Positions 7,123 to 16,244 of a stretch of 64,000 nt of DNA are shown here, piece after piece. A program made the position numbers and the translations under genes. The stretch's first letter is position 1. Each line of letters begins with the position of its first letter. Origin of the DNA: a virus (taxonomy: Duplodnaviria > Caudoviricetes); IMG/VR virus record IMGVR_UViG_3300034375_009028; one strand, given 5' to 3'. The notes under the pieces were generated by a model that saw only the letters and a list, made by a program, of their open reading frames with translations, was not told where the DNA came from and ran no database searches.

Positions 7123-9098
7123 TAGACTCCACCAAACGAAACACTTTGACCCATTACAACATATGTTCCACCATCATTCAGAATACTAAAGGAGACAACA
7201 TCAATTCCAGATGCAGTTCCAGATGGTATTGAATTGCCCTGCCACTTAATTGATTGCAATACACCACCTATTTGCAGTGATGTTGGCATAAATGCAGGAT
7301 CATTTTGATTTACAACAATTGTGATTGTAGTTCCATACTCAGCACTAAGTGTAAGATTAGTGAGATTTGCTGTCCAATTTGCCGAAGGATTAGTGTGGTA
7401 AAAAATATGTCCAGTTGAACAATCATGAGATACCGTTCCCGTAGAACTATTCAAAGTATCAAATGCTTCTTGTGTTCCGCCACCAAACAGAGCACTAGAA
7501 CTAAAGGTTACGATTCCACTAATATTAACGTTAGTAAAATTAGAAGTACCGCTAGTATCAATTCCAATTACAGTTACATCTCCAGTTGTAACAAACCCTA
7601 CAAGGTCACCAGCAGTTGTAAACCCTACAAGATCTCCAGCAGTAGAGAATCCAACTAGATCTCCAGCAGTAGAGAATCCTACAAGGTCACCAGCAGTTGT
7701 AAACCCTACAAGATCTCCAGCGGTAGAGAATCCAACTAGATCTCCAGCAGTAGAGAATCCAACTAAATCTCCAGCGGTAGAGAACCCTACAAGGTCACCA
7801 GCAGTTGTAAACCCTACAAGATCTCCAGCAGTGGAGAACCCCACAAGATCTCCAGCGGTAGAGAATCCAACTAGATCTCCAGCAGTGGAGAAACCTACAA
7901 GATCTCCAGCAGTTGTAAATCCTACAATAGATTCAGTTGTTGCATATCCAGAAAAACTTGGTGGTATGTATGTAAAAATACCAAAGTCACTATCATAAGA
8001 TAAGGAACTTATTCCAGGAGATCCAACATATACAGAGAGATCAGAATAACCAATTCCAGAACTTGATCCACCAGTAGCAGTAATAATAATACTACCAGTA
8101 GATTGACTTACATTAATTCCAGCACCTCCAGATACTGAAGTAACAACACCAGATAAAGTAGAACCATCACCAACAAATGATGCTGCAGTAATAATTCCAG
8201 TGGTGTTTATACTTCCATTAGTTCCAACTCCAGCCCCACCAGAAGGGAGATTAGTTAATCCAGAACCATCACCAACAAAAGAAGTTGCAGTTACAACACC
8301 AACACTAATTCCTAAAGAAGAGGTATTACCAAGTGCTAATACATTGTTTAATGTCTGAGTCTCAGTTGACAATCCAGTTGTCACTGTTGAGAAAACAAAT
8401 CTTTGAATTGAATGATCATATTTTAAATACTTACCATCATATGCACTAGCATTAGTGGCAATACCAACAATGTCATCAAGGTATTGTAAGTTTACTTCAC
8501 CACCACCACTTCCAACCATGGCAAGTTCTTGTTGGAGTTTACCAACAAGTTTTTGATAATGATCTTGAAGTTGAGAGAATGTTACAGGACTATCTGCACT
8601 AACTTTTTTTTGTGATCCTTTAGCAACTTTTTCAGACAGAATCTTATATCTAGAATCTAGTTCATCTAATCTAGTTTCAAGAAGTCTTAAATCTTTTGCT
8701 TTTTGTATCTCTAAAATAATATCTTCTTTTAAAGTTTCAATCTCACCAATATGATTCTTAATTACCCCTATAGCAACTCCTTCTACCTGGCGACCATATA
8801 ACTCATTAAAAATATCATTTGCCTCATTTAATTTTGCTTCTTTTATAGATGCCTCTACAGATGAGAGATGCCTATTTTTTTCCCTAACTTCTACAATAAT
8901 GTCTTCAACTAAATCTACATTTTGTTCTTCTTTTTTTTGATATTGTTCAAATTGATCTCGCCAATTAAAAACAGCATCAAAATTTTGAGTGTCCTCTTTT
9001 AAATGGACACCATTCTTTTTCATATCCTCATTTAATTCTTGGATTTTTTTGTCCAAATAATTTGAAGACCTATTAAAACGTTTAAAAGTGCCCATCAA
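7122..9098 (-). CDS. fibre-like virion protein: coiled coil, GGGEV.L..LDD motif, 9-aa repeats, C-terminal beta domain
   Basis: 658 aa; long N-terminal heptad region; G/S/T-rich middle; late promoter upstream. Confidence 0.7.
   Translation of the reverse strand: MMGTFKRFNRSSNYLDKKIQELNEDMKKNGVHLKEDTQNFDAVFNWRDQFEQYQKKEEQNVDLVEDIIVEVREKNRHLSSVEASIKEAKLNEANDIFNELYGRQVEGVAIGVIKNHIGEIETLKEDIILEIQKAKDLRLLETRLDELDSRYKILSEKVAKGSQKKVSADSPVTFSQLQDHYQKLVGKLQQELAMVGSGGGEVNLQYLDDIVGIATNASAYDGKYLKYDHSIQRFVFSTVTTGLSTETQTLNNVLALGNTSSLGISVGVVTATSFVGDGSGLTNLPSGGAGVGTNGSINTTGIITAASFVGDGSTLSGVVTSVSGGAGINVSQSTGSIIITATGGSSSGIGYSDLSVYVGSPGISSLSYDSDFGIFTYIPPSFSGYATTESIVGFTTAGDLVGFSTAGDLVGFSTAGDLVGFSTAGDLVGFTTAGDLVGFSTAGDLVGFSTAGDLVGFSTAGDLVGFTTAGDLVGFSTAGDLVGFSTAGDLVGFTTAGDLVGFVTTGDVTVIGIDTSGTSNFTNVNISGIVTFSSSALFGGGTQEAFDTLNSSTGTVSHDCSTGHIFYHTNPSANWTANLTNLTLSAEYGTTITIVVNQNDPAFMPTSLQIGGVLQSIKWQGNSIPSGTASGIDVVSFSILNDGGTYVVMGQSVSFGGV
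7596..7919 (-). repeat. 12 x 27-bp coding tandem repeat (F[S/T]TAGDLVG)
   Basis: 324 bp = 12 units; amino acids near-identical, synonymous positions vary. Confidence 0.9.
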
Positions 9099-9120
9099 TA
9101 TAAAAAATTCCTTTATATAG

Positions 9121-9180
9121 TATTTATTCCATTTAAAAATCTTAGTCTAAATTAAAATTAAAGTCAATTTATAATAAATA
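9121..9180. promoter_or_regulatory. divergent pair of late promoters
   Basis: AATAAATA on the minus strand (9128-9121) and on the plus strand (9173-9180). Confidence 0.6.
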
Positions 9181-9209
9181 CAAATACACAAATACCCTAC
9201 AGAAAAGTA

Positions 9210-9704
9210 ATGAAAAGAATTTCTCTTCTACTTGGTGGAATGTTACTGATGGCGGCACCTGCACATGCCGATCTTACTAGCAAAATTTCTTCTTCAGTTC
9301 AACTGACAGTAGAAGGTCCAGCAGTTCAGTCTACAAGACTTGGTTCTTCTTACTCAGTATCTGGAGACAACATCGCAGTTACTACTCTTGGTGGTCTTAC
9401 AGGCGGATCTGCTACGGCACCTGCAACTGTAAGTGCAGGTTCTTATGCAATCAATAATGACGGTCAGTCATTTAGTTTTGCTGAGAATACTTTTATTGGT
9501 GACACAGTAGTTACTACACAGACAGCACTCTCTGCTGGTCAGATTGATACTCCAAATCTTTATGGAGAATCTACCACACAGGTTGGTGGAACTGCTGGAG
9601 CACTTGCTGGAACCATCGACACCGCAGGAGCAATCACTCTGACTGCTGGTGGTGCTGGTACTTCAGCAACAGGTCAATTCGTAACAGAACTGTCTGTAAG
9701 ATAA
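9210..9704 (+). CDS. secreted beta-rich protein (signal peptide)
   Basis: MKRISLLLGGMLLMAAPAHA signal; G/S/T/A-rich mature part. Confidence 0.8.
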   Translation: MKRISLLLGGMLLMAAPAHADLTSKISSSVQLTVEGPAVQSTRLGSSYSVSGDNIAVTTLGGLTGGSATAPATVSAGSYAINNDGQSFSFAENTFIGDTVVTTQTALSAGQIDTPNLYGESTTQVGGTAGALAGTIDTAGAITLTAGGAGTSATGQFVTELSVR

Positions 9705-10120
9705 TGAAAAGGATATTTGTTATTCTGGCACTGCTTGGGTCTCCTGCTTATGCAGTGCCTGTGGTTCCTAACTTTAGTCAAGGAAGTATGACGAGCCACA
9801 CAGAAACAAGGTCAAAAATAACAGAGACCATCAATTCGATGGACTATAACACTGGGTATCAATATTCCGTATCTGGGACTGGTATCACTGCAAACGGTGC
9901 GTTGTCACCAACTACATCTACTTCTACATCAACCATAGACGGAGTGAATTCTACATGGACAGGCATAGGAACCAAAGTAAACTTCACACAAACAACTCCA
10001 GGAGCAGCATTTCAGTTTGCAGAAACTTACCGTGGTCCTGGTTTAAGCAATCAAACAATAATTCAAAGAGTCACAGAAGTAGAATCAATTACAGATACAA
10101 CTTCCATATTCAGTCAATAA
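9704..10120 (+). CDS. secreted protein (signal peptide)
   Basis: MKRIFVILALLGSPAYA signal; 1-nt overlap with the upstream gene. Confidence 0.8.
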   Translation: MKRIFVILALLGSPAYAVPVVPNFSQGSMTSHTETRSKITETINSMDYNTGYQYSVSGTGITANGALSPTTSTSTSTIDGVNSTWTGIGTKVNFTQTTPGAAFQFAETYRGPGLSNQTIIQRVTEVESITDTTSIFSQ

Positions 10121-10770
10121 TAGGAGTCATCCTTCTTGGAACACTATCGCCACATAAAGCTTTGGCTGAAACTGTTGGTGGTGTTAGCGCCACCGCTGCT
10201 CCTGTTGCTAATAGTAGTGGTTCTGTTACAAATCAAGCGATACAAGTATTACAAGGACCTTACATCACCAACACATACGGGAATGGAATCCAATGCCAAG
10301 GTCCCACTAGAAATTTCACCCCTTACGTAACTGGAAGCATCTCTGCTCAGAAACCTTGGGAACCTTATTATAATGATAATGTATATGATATGAGAGACTT
10401 TGATGAAGATGGAGCACCAGATAATCCTGGTGATGTGTTGTATCGTGTTCCTATCAGAACAGGACAAAAAGATAATTACAACCTTGGAGTTGGATTCTCT
10501 ATTACTTGGTCTGAACCATTAGATAAAAAACTTCAGGCACAATGTAAAGAAGCAGCTGCTGCTAACATAGAAATGATGAAGCAACTCACTGCTAATAAGA
10601 GATTAGATTTTGAGATTGCAAGACTTAAAAACTGTGGGGAATTAATGAAGCAGGGTATTACTTTCCACCCTAAGAGTCCTTACTATAAAGTCTGTGCAGA
10701 TGTTGTGGTTCAGAACGTAACTACAGTTCCTAAGCACGAACATCCACACATACATAAAATCAACCCCTAA
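9955..10770 (+). CDS. secreted Cys-containing protein (start uncertain)
   Basis: Signal-like IIGVILLGTLSPHKALA at about 10117-10167; the only in-frame ATG lies 166 nt inside the previous gene. Confidence 0.7.
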   Translation: MDRHRNQSKLHTNNSRSSISVCRNLPWSWFKQSNNNSKSHRSRINYRYNFHIQSIIGVILLGTLSPHKALAETVGGVSATAAPVANSSGSVTNQAIQVLQGPYITNTYGNGIQCQGPTRNFTPYVTGSISAQKPWEPYYNDNVYDMRDFDEDGAPDNPGDVLYRVPIRTGQKDNYNLGVGFSITWSEPLDKKLQAQCKEAAAANIEMMKQLTANKRLDFEIARLKNCGELMKQGITFHPKSPYYKVCADVVVQNVTTVPKHEHPHIHKINP

Positions 10771-11449
10771 GATGCTTTTGTTCCATTCTTCTTTCGAAGA
10801 CTGACTTAACTACTTCTTTCTTACCACGCATCTTGGCAATCTTATTAACCAATTTTTTAACTATTGGTTTAACTGCTTTTAGGACTATATCTGCAATGGG
10901 TTTTGCGAATATCGCCGCACCAGCAGCAGTGGCGGCAATGACTGATGTTTGAATCACGATTCCTGGTTCTGGTAAGTATTCTTTATGCCAAGGTATATCA
11001 GGTTCGGAAGGAACTTCTATAATGTTCTTCTCACATTTCCTTAACTGAACATTATAAGTCTCATCGGGTAAACAATTTACTGTGTTTACTTCTGGTATTT
11101 TTGGAAGAGAAACCTGCTGTGGAGGATTTGGTTTCTCTGGTTTTTTATATGGAGGAAGTTTAGCAGGACGTGTTGGTATCACTTCCTCTGGAGTAAACTC
11201 TATTGGATTGAATGAAGGAACACCAGCATCACAATAAGTCAGAACACCATTTGGGTCATCTGACTGAATAGTCTTAGATTTACTTTTGCTACTATGAGCT
11301 TCCACACATCCAGGAATATCAACTATTGGCAATCCAATGTTAGTAGTTACTGGAACTATTGGTGGTAAAGATTGTGATGGTTCAAATATCCAAGTAGAAA
11401 CTTCTGGTATATCAAGCTTCCGAGTTTTAATCTCTGGAATGTTTGGCAT
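10760..11449 (-). CDS. Pro-rich membrane-anchored hypothetical protein
   Basis: 229 aa; PGCVE and LTYCDAG Cys motifs; C-terminal hydrophobic then basic segment. Confidence 0.75.
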   Translation of the reverse strand: MPNIPEIKTRKLDIPEVSTWIFEPSQSLPPIVPVTTNIGLPIVDIPGCVEAHSSKSKSKTIQSDDPNGVLTYCDAGVPSFNPIEFTPEEVIPTRPAKLPPYKKPEKPNPPQQVSLPKIPEVNTVNCLPDETYNVQLRKCEKNIIEVPSEPDIPWHKEYLPEPGIVIQTSVIAATAAGAAIFAKPIADIVLKAVKPIVKKLVNKIAKMRGKKEVVKSVFERRMEQKHLRG

Positions 11450-11580
11450 TAGTCGTGGTGAAATACTCCTTTAAAAATATTACCAATAGCACCAAAAAAA
11501 TGATAGAAGATCACGTAGAGAAAAAATGTCTTCTCTGGATTTCTTTTGGTTTCTTTTTTCTTATAAGCGCCAACTGCCAT
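11449..11580 (-). CDS. 43-aa membrane micro-protein (not in ORF track)
   Basis: MAVGAYKKKETKRNPEKTFFLYVIFYHFFGAIGNIFKGVFHHD; TAATG overlap with the next gene. Confidence 0.55.
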   Translation of the reverse strand: MAVGAYKKKETKRNPEKTFFLYVIFYHFFGAIGNIFKGVFHHD

Positions 11581-11651
11581 GGTTAAAAAAATAATATTCT
11601 TATATTATTTACCAAAAAAATAATATAAGAATTAATAATAGTTACTTTTTA

Positions 11652-12110
11652 TTAAATAAGGGTGCCATGAGTACGACGAATTTCTCTTAGTTCTTCAAAG
11701 TTCTTTTGCTTTGTTCCACCGTCATATGCCCAAGCATATCCTTCAGTAATCATTTGTTCGTTGAGGGACAATTCTGAGTCCCCAATGTATAACCAGCCCA
11801 AAAGACGACCATACTTGCCGACGCCACCAACAAGTTCAGTCCTAATAACAAGGTCATCGTCACCAGCCACAGCACCTTCCAGTTTCTCTTTGAGCCAGTT
11901 AGTAGCGTCATAACCAAGTGCCTTTTCTTCTTCATCTCTAGTGCGTTTCTCTGGAGTGTCAACTCCAGCAACTCTTACACGTTCTTTTTTGTACAAGTCA
12001 AATCCTAGGTCAATAGTAACATCAATAGTGTCACCATCAACCACTCTGTTGATCTCCACTACTCGGAAGTTGTAGCAACTCTTCCTGCTTGGTGGTGTCA
12101 TTGCTCCCAT
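11652..12110 (-). CDS. thermonuclease (SNase-like) nuclease
   Basis: VVDGDT, RVRVAGVDTPE and GKYGRLLG catalytic motifs. Confidence 0.85.
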   Translation of the reverse strand: MGAMTPPSRKSCYNFRVVEINRVVDGDTIDVTIDLGFDLYKKERVRVAGVDTPEKRTRDEEEKALGYDATNWLKEKLEGAVAGDDDLVIRTELVGGVGKYGRLLGWLYIGDSELSLNEQMITEGYAWAYDGGTKQKNFEELREIRRTHGTLI

Positions 12111-12228
12111 CTTGCATCTCCATATATGCCATTCTTAATATATAGACAACACAATATAGTGTAAAAGCAAGTCCACAACAAAGAAGAATTATGACACTCC
12201 AAACTGGAGAATTAATATCGACTTCCAT
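12037..12228 (-). CDS. small single-TM protein
   Basis: 63 aa with a long hydrophobic helix. Confidence 0.6.
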   Translation of the reverse strand: MEVDINSPVWSVIILLCCGLAFTLYCVVYILRMAYMEMQDGSNDTTKQEELLQLPSSGDQQSG

Positions 12229-12566
12229 TATCCTTTAGAAGAATCTTTCTCTTCTTTTTTAGCAACTACATTAGTAGTATTATTACCATTACCATTGCCA
12301 TTACCATTGCCACCACTAGATTTGGATGGAGTCACTCCAAAAGTAGCTAAAGTCCCAGTAAAAACGCTGGCAATAAAAGTTGGATCAATTTTTTGTTGAG
12401 GAATTCCAGGAATAGAAACATAATTAAGAGTTAATATTGCACCCGTCCAACCCAATACAATTAGTCTAACTAAACTGGATATTCCTTCTTCATGCCAATT
12501 AAATTCATGATCATCATGCTCATCTTTCTTTTTCTTGGGAAGCATTGATCTTATGATTGACTTCAT
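12228..12566 (-). CDS. two-TM membrane protein with (GN)n tail
   Basis: Two hydrophobic helices, then GGNGNGNGNGNN. Confidence 0.7.
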   Translation of the reverse strand: MKSIIRSMLPKKKKDEHDDHEFNWHEEGISSLVRLIVLGWTGAILTLNYVSIPGIPQQKIDPTFIASVFTGTLATFGVTPSKSSGGNGNGNGNGNNTTNVVAKKEEKDSSKG

Positions 12567-12571
12567 ATTAT

Positions 12572-12766
12572 TTATGGAATAAGAGAATCAACTGATATAT
12601 TTGTAGAGTTCAGTTGATTATATTTAGTACAGAGTACTTCACTAGATTCATGTTCCCATTTGTGATATAAACTTTTAAGATGTTTTGTATATTCAAAACC
12701 ATCACATAATCTCATTTCATCAGCAACGATGGTTTTAATTAAAACTTCTCTTGTTAGCTTAGTCAT
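12572..12766 (-). CDS. hypothetical phage protein
   Basis: 64-aa ORF. Confidence 0.6.
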   Translation of the reverse strand: MTKLTREVLIKTIVADEMRLCDGFEYTKHLKSLYHKWEHESSEVLCTKYNQLNSTNISVDSLIP

Positions 12767-12904
12767 ACTACTTTTTAAGATTCCAACAAAAAATTATTTT
12801 TAACATAATAAAAATTTTAATCTCAAGATAATTTTTCTTGGGTTTCTAGTCCAAAAAAATTTTTTTGGACATGAAAATATTTATTAAGAAGTTTAAGTTA
12901 AGAA

Positions 12905-13573
12905 TTATTTAATAAATCCTTCCTCACGTAACCACTTCTCAGTCAGTGGTGTTGGTTTGTAATCAGACCACATTGTACCAGTAGCACAAGACTTCAATGC
13001 CTTAGCAGTCATACCTTCAGTCTTACCTGCCCACATTGCTTCTGCTTCCCAGGGCACAGCAAACTTAGGATAAGTCTTTTCTGTGATCTCACGCCAGATC
13101 TTAGGAACATCTTCCTCTGGTTTGATGATGGCAATCATACTATTTTTAATAGTGCCTGCCATACAATCTTGAGCAGCGTGCCATCCTTCATGACGCATAA
13201 CAGTCATGAGAACACCAGGAAGACGCATGTATGTCTTATTCAGAAAAAAGTTATTGCCAACTGTATGATAAACCCCACGATGCCCAACAGGAAAATATTT
13301 TTCGTCTGCTAGAAACACGTTAACTCCGACCTGACTAAGGGAAACGAGCATATTGTTGAACTCATCAGCAACAAAATCGTAATCACTATTGGGATGAGCA
13401 TTAGCAATATCATTGATACTGAAGACTTGTTGGACATCTTTGGTGCATTCTCGAAGCAACATACAACCCATAGAGTCCATACTATAGAATTCTTTAATTA
13501 GTTTTTCTTGACCCGCAAATGCAGGAGAAGATATAAGTGCCATTCCCATAAGGGAAAATAAAAATTTTTTCAT
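12905..13573 (-). CDS. secreted HExxH zinc-metallopeptidase-like protein
   Basis: Signal peptide (ISSPAFA); RHEGWHAAQDC and downstream WEAEA motif. Confidence 0.65.
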   Translation of the reverse strand: MKKFLFSLMGMALISSPAFAGQEKLIKEFYSMDSMGCMLLRECTKDVQQVFSINDIANAHPNSDYDFVADEFNNMLVSLSQVGVNVFLADEKYFPVGHRGVYHTVGNNFFLNKTYMRLPGVLMTVMRHEGWHAAQDCMAGTIKNSMIAIIKPEEDVPKIWREITEKTYPKFAVPWEAEAMWAGKTEGMTAKALKSCATGTMWSDYKPTPLTEKWLREEGFIK

Positions 13574-13821
13574 AGGTTTGGAATATCAGGTCCAGTAGTA
13601 ATAGGAATATCAGGTCCAGTAGTATCTGGTATATCTGGAGTTAAAGACTCTACAAGGGCAGGCAGTGCCTCTCTAACAGCGGTTGCAACCTCAGTAGTTA
13701 CTTTTGCCCTTGCGTCTTCAATAAGAGTATCTTTATTAAGATACAAATAAAAACTACTACCAACTACACTAAGCGATACCAAACCAGATAACAAAGCAAT
13801 TGTGTTAATTAGACTTTGCAT
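13570..13821 (-). CDS. single-TM protein with Pro-rich tail
   Basis: N-terminal TM helix, amphipathic helix, PDIPxTTG repeats. Confidence 0.7.
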   Translation of the reverse strand: MQSLINTIALLSGLVSLSVVGSSFYLYLNKDTLIEDARAKVTTEVATAVREALPALVESLTPDIPDTTGPDIPITTGPDIPNL

Positions 13822-14035
13822 AATTTTCCTTATAGTATTTGAAAAGTCCTAAGGTAGAACTATTACCTTGAGAGACCCAATCATGAGCACATTCATAAAT
13901 GGATCTGTTAGAGTATTTAGGTTCTTTATTCTCATTTAATTGACCCCCAAACTCTTGAAGAAGAGATGAGATGATAAGTTCTCTCAGCTCTAGTTTTTCT
14001 TCACTATATCTCCAGTCTAGTTGTGTCATGACCAT
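13805..14035 (-). CDS. hypothetical phage protein
   Basis: 76-aa ORF. Confidence 0.65.
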   Translation of the reverse strand: MVMTQLDWRYSEEKLELRELIISSLLQEFGGQLNENKEPKYSNRSIYECAHDWVSQGNSSTLGLFKYYKENYAKSN

Positions 14036-14685
14036 ATCAATTTTTTAGTGTAATCATAAGCATATTGTTGACGATATCCTTTGATACCCCAACCCAACCA
14101 GTAGTAAGCACCAACCATATACTGACTGACTGTTCTACCAGTTCCTTCAAACTCAGGCAGATACTTCTGGAAAGTATATTCGTTGATCATGTATGCTGTC
14201 TGACCCTCAAGCGAGGAAGGATCATAACCATACTTCTTAGAGAACTTACCTAACCCCAGATAACGGTTCGTAGAGGTCCACTGAATGAGTCCGTAACCAC
14301 CGCTATAGCAACGATCGTAAGGAACTCTAGCACCTCCCTCACAAATATCGGGAATGAAGTTACTTTCTGATTTAATGTTTCCCATGATCGTTGCCAATGC
14401 ATTACGATCTGAGATTCTTGTTTTCTCTTGAAGTTTTTCAAGGACATATTTCTCATTATCGTTACATTCTGGACACTTCCAGGATTTTTTTTCTACTGCA
14501 ATTTCCAAAACTTTATCTGGATTAACAATTCCAACTCCTGGTTCAATAATAAGTGCAGGAGGATTTTTGATTTCGCTTATATTAGGATAAGCAGAAGCAC
14601 ATGCAGAGGAAATAATTCCTATTACAGGAAGTGCAAAAAATTTACGAAACATTAAATTAATAGAACTCGACATTCGTATCACCAC
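14026..14685 (-). CDS. lysozyme-fold peptidoglycan hydrolase (phage tail lysozyme family) with N-terminal signal/lipobox-like segment
   Basis: ALATIMGNIKSES (catalytic Glu) and GYGLIQWT motifs. Confidence 0.75.
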   Translation of the reverse strand: MVIRMSSSINLMFRKFFALPVIGIISSACASAYPNISEIKNPPALIIEPGVGIVNPDKVLEIAVEKKSWKCPECNDNEKYVLEKLQEKTRISDRNALATIMGNIKSESNFIPDICEGGARVPYDRCYSGGYGLIQWTSTNRYLGLGKFSKKYGYDPSSLEGQTAYMINEYTFQKYLPEFEGTGRTVSQYMVGAYYWLGWGIKGYRQQYAYDYTKKLIWS

Positions 14686-14728
14686 AAAAGTGGGTACGAC
14701 TCTTTGGTTGACTTATTTAGGCGAACTA

Positions 14729-14765
14729 ACTTTACCACAAAAAAGAGGGGTAGTCAACCCCTCTT
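14729..14765 (-). terminator. terminator hairpin with embedded sigma70 promoter
   Basis: AAGAGGGG/CCCCTCTT (14743-14765) plus T run; TTGACT in the loop, N17, then TAAAGT (14734-14729). Confidence 0.7.
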
Positions 14766-14788
14766 CTCCAGTCACCTATAAGTATTAC

Positions 14789-14908
14789 TTACCAAATGCC
14801 TGGAATCAATTGTCCTGTTGTAAGATAAGACCCAACTCCAGCAATGAATCCAATCATTGCAAAACGGGCATTAAGAATTTCTGCTTCAGGTGTAAATCCA
14901 AATTTCAT
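14789..14908 (-). CDS. hli: high-light-inducible protein (39 aa; not in ORF track)
   Basis: MKFGFTPEAEILNARFAMIGFIAGVGSYLTTGQLIPGIW; ExxNxRxAM chlorophyll-binding motif, TGQ..PG end. Confidence 0.9.
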   Translation of the reverse strand: MKFGFTPEAEILNARFAMIGFIAGVGSYLTTGQLIPGIW

Positions 14909-14909
14909 T

Positions 14910-15080
14910 TTATTTTCCTCCAGAGGTAAATTGAGTGTGTGGATTTTTAGTTTTGTTTGCTATGATTACTTTACTACCATCATGAGTGAATACTAGTTCA
15001 TCCTCATGATCCCAACAAAGTTCTTCATATAGAGCATTTAAACGTGACATGTCCTCATAAAGTGCATTTGGATTAGGCAT
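14910..15080 (-). CDS. hypothetical 56-aa protein (not in ORF track)
   Basis: MPNPNALYEDMSRLNALYEELCWDHEDEL...; fills the gap between the peroxiredoxin and hli. Confidence 0.65.
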   Translation of the reverse strand: MPNPNALYEDMSRLNALYEELCWDHEDELVFTHDGSKVIIANKTKNPHTQFTSGGK

Positions 15081-15597
15081 TTTGCTTCAACCAAGTAAGT
15101 ACAGTATCAGGATTGCTCATTTCATAAGGGTCAATCGGACAATTTCCGATTTTCCCTGGTTCTTCAAACATAATTTCAATCTCACCATCGTTGACAATCA
15201 TAGCATATCGCCAAGAGCGACTTCCAAAACCTAGGTTCGATTTATCGACAAGCATACCCATAGAAGAAGTAAACTCGCCGCTACCATCAGGGATGGGCTT
15301 GACATTCTGAACTCCTTGCTGTTTGAACCAAGCGTTCATAACAAAGGAATCATTTACAGAAATACAATAAACTTCATCAATGCCGAGTGCTTGGAACTCC
15401 TCATGGTTCTCATCATACCCAGGCAGTTGGTAGGTAGAGCAAGTAGGAGTAAATGCACCAGGGAGTGAGAATACAACTACACGCTTACCAGCAAACAGAT
15501 CGTTGGTTGTGACATCTTGCCAACGGTAAGGGTTAGGTCCACCAATACTTTCATCGCGGACACGGGTGTGGAAGGTTACTTCAGGTACTCGGGTCAT
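15073..15597 (-). CDS. peroxiredoxin (Prx5/type II)
   Basis: SLPGAFTPTCS peroxidatic motif; SVNDSFVMNAW; RSWRYAMIV. Confidence 0.9.
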   Translation of the reverse strand: MTRVPEVTFHTRVRDESIGGPNPYRWQDVTTNDLFAGKRVVVFSLPGAFTPTCSTYQLPGYDENHEEFQALGIDEVYCISVNDSFVMNAWFKQQGVQNVKPIPDGSGEFTSSMGMLVDKSNLGFGSRSWRYAMIVNDGEIEIMFEEPGKIGNCPIDPYEMSNPDTVLTWLKQNA

Positions 15598-15624
15598 AAT
15601 TTGTTTATATTAAAAAATTTATAT

Positions 15625-15918
15625 TCAGAAAAGTTCTTCTTCTTGTTCGGTTAGAATAACACAATCACTAGTAGGATAAGAGACGCAAGTCAGAACAAAT
15701 CCTTGTTCAATTTGATCATCATCCAAAAAGGATTGGTCTCCTTGATCTACTGTGCCACTGACAAGTTTACCTGCACAGGAAGAGCAAGCACCAGCACGAC
15801 AAGAGTAATTCATATCAACTCCTTGATCTTCTGCAGCATCAAGGATGTACTGATCATCTTCACATTGAATAACACTTTCGGTGCCATCAGGTGTACGAAG
15901 AGTAATATTAAAAGCCAT
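15625..15918 (-). CDS. petF: plant-type [2Fe-2S] ferredoxin
   Basis: CRAGACSSC...VLTCV cluster motif. Confidence 0.97.
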   Translation of the reverse strand: MAFNITLRTPDGTESVIQCEDDQYILDAAEDQGVDMNYSCRAGACSSCAGKLVSGTVDQGDQSFLDDDQIEQGFVLTCVSYPTSDCVILTEQEEELF

Positions 15919-16004
15919 TAGTAAGTCTCAGAAATTTTTTCAATAGATGCTGCCAACAAAACAAAGAAGGCAACGGCAGTGATTGTAAACAAAAAAGAAA
16001 CCAT
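15918..16004 (-). CDS. 28-aa single-TM micro-protein (not in ORF track)
   Basis: [28 protein letters not shown]; its stop overlaps the petF ATG (TAATG). Confidence 0.6.
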   Translation of the reverse strand: MVSFLFTITAVAFFVLLAASIEKISETY

Positions 16005-16013
16005 TGTCAAGCC

Positions 16014-16217
16014 TCAAAAGATACCGAAGAAGAACTTGCCATTGATCGCATAGGCAACGAATCCCATGATGAGACCCATCATCGCCCAACGACCATTATA
16101 CATTTCCTTCTGTTGCCAGGGGGAAAAAAGACCCTTGCGGTTGTAGTTTTCAACAACCATTTGAGGTTCAACAGCCCACATGTTTTGTTGACCGCGCTCG
16201 TTAGTTGTTACAGTCAT
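16014..16217 (-). CDS. hli: high-light-inducible protein, long N-terminus type
   Basis: Start re-called at MTVTTNERGQQNMWAVEP; EMYNGRWAMMG motif. Confidence 0.88.
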   Translation of the reverse strand: MTVTTNERGQQNMWAVEPQMVVENYNRKGLFSPWQQKEMYNGRWAMMGLIMGFVAYAINGKFFFGIF

Positions 16218-16244
16218 TGTAGTTTTGTAAAGATTTACAACACA

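Noticed and set aside
7596-7919. 27-bp repeats as a CRISPR array or ice-nucleation repeats
   Set aside because: No spacers, in-frame and synonymous variation; period 9 aa without the AGYGS 8/16-aa ice-nucleation pattern.
16225-16240. HLR1 site in the hli leader
   Set aside because: TTGTAAA-GA-TTTACAA is an inverted pair of half-sites, not the 10-bp direct repeat; weaker than the psbA array.
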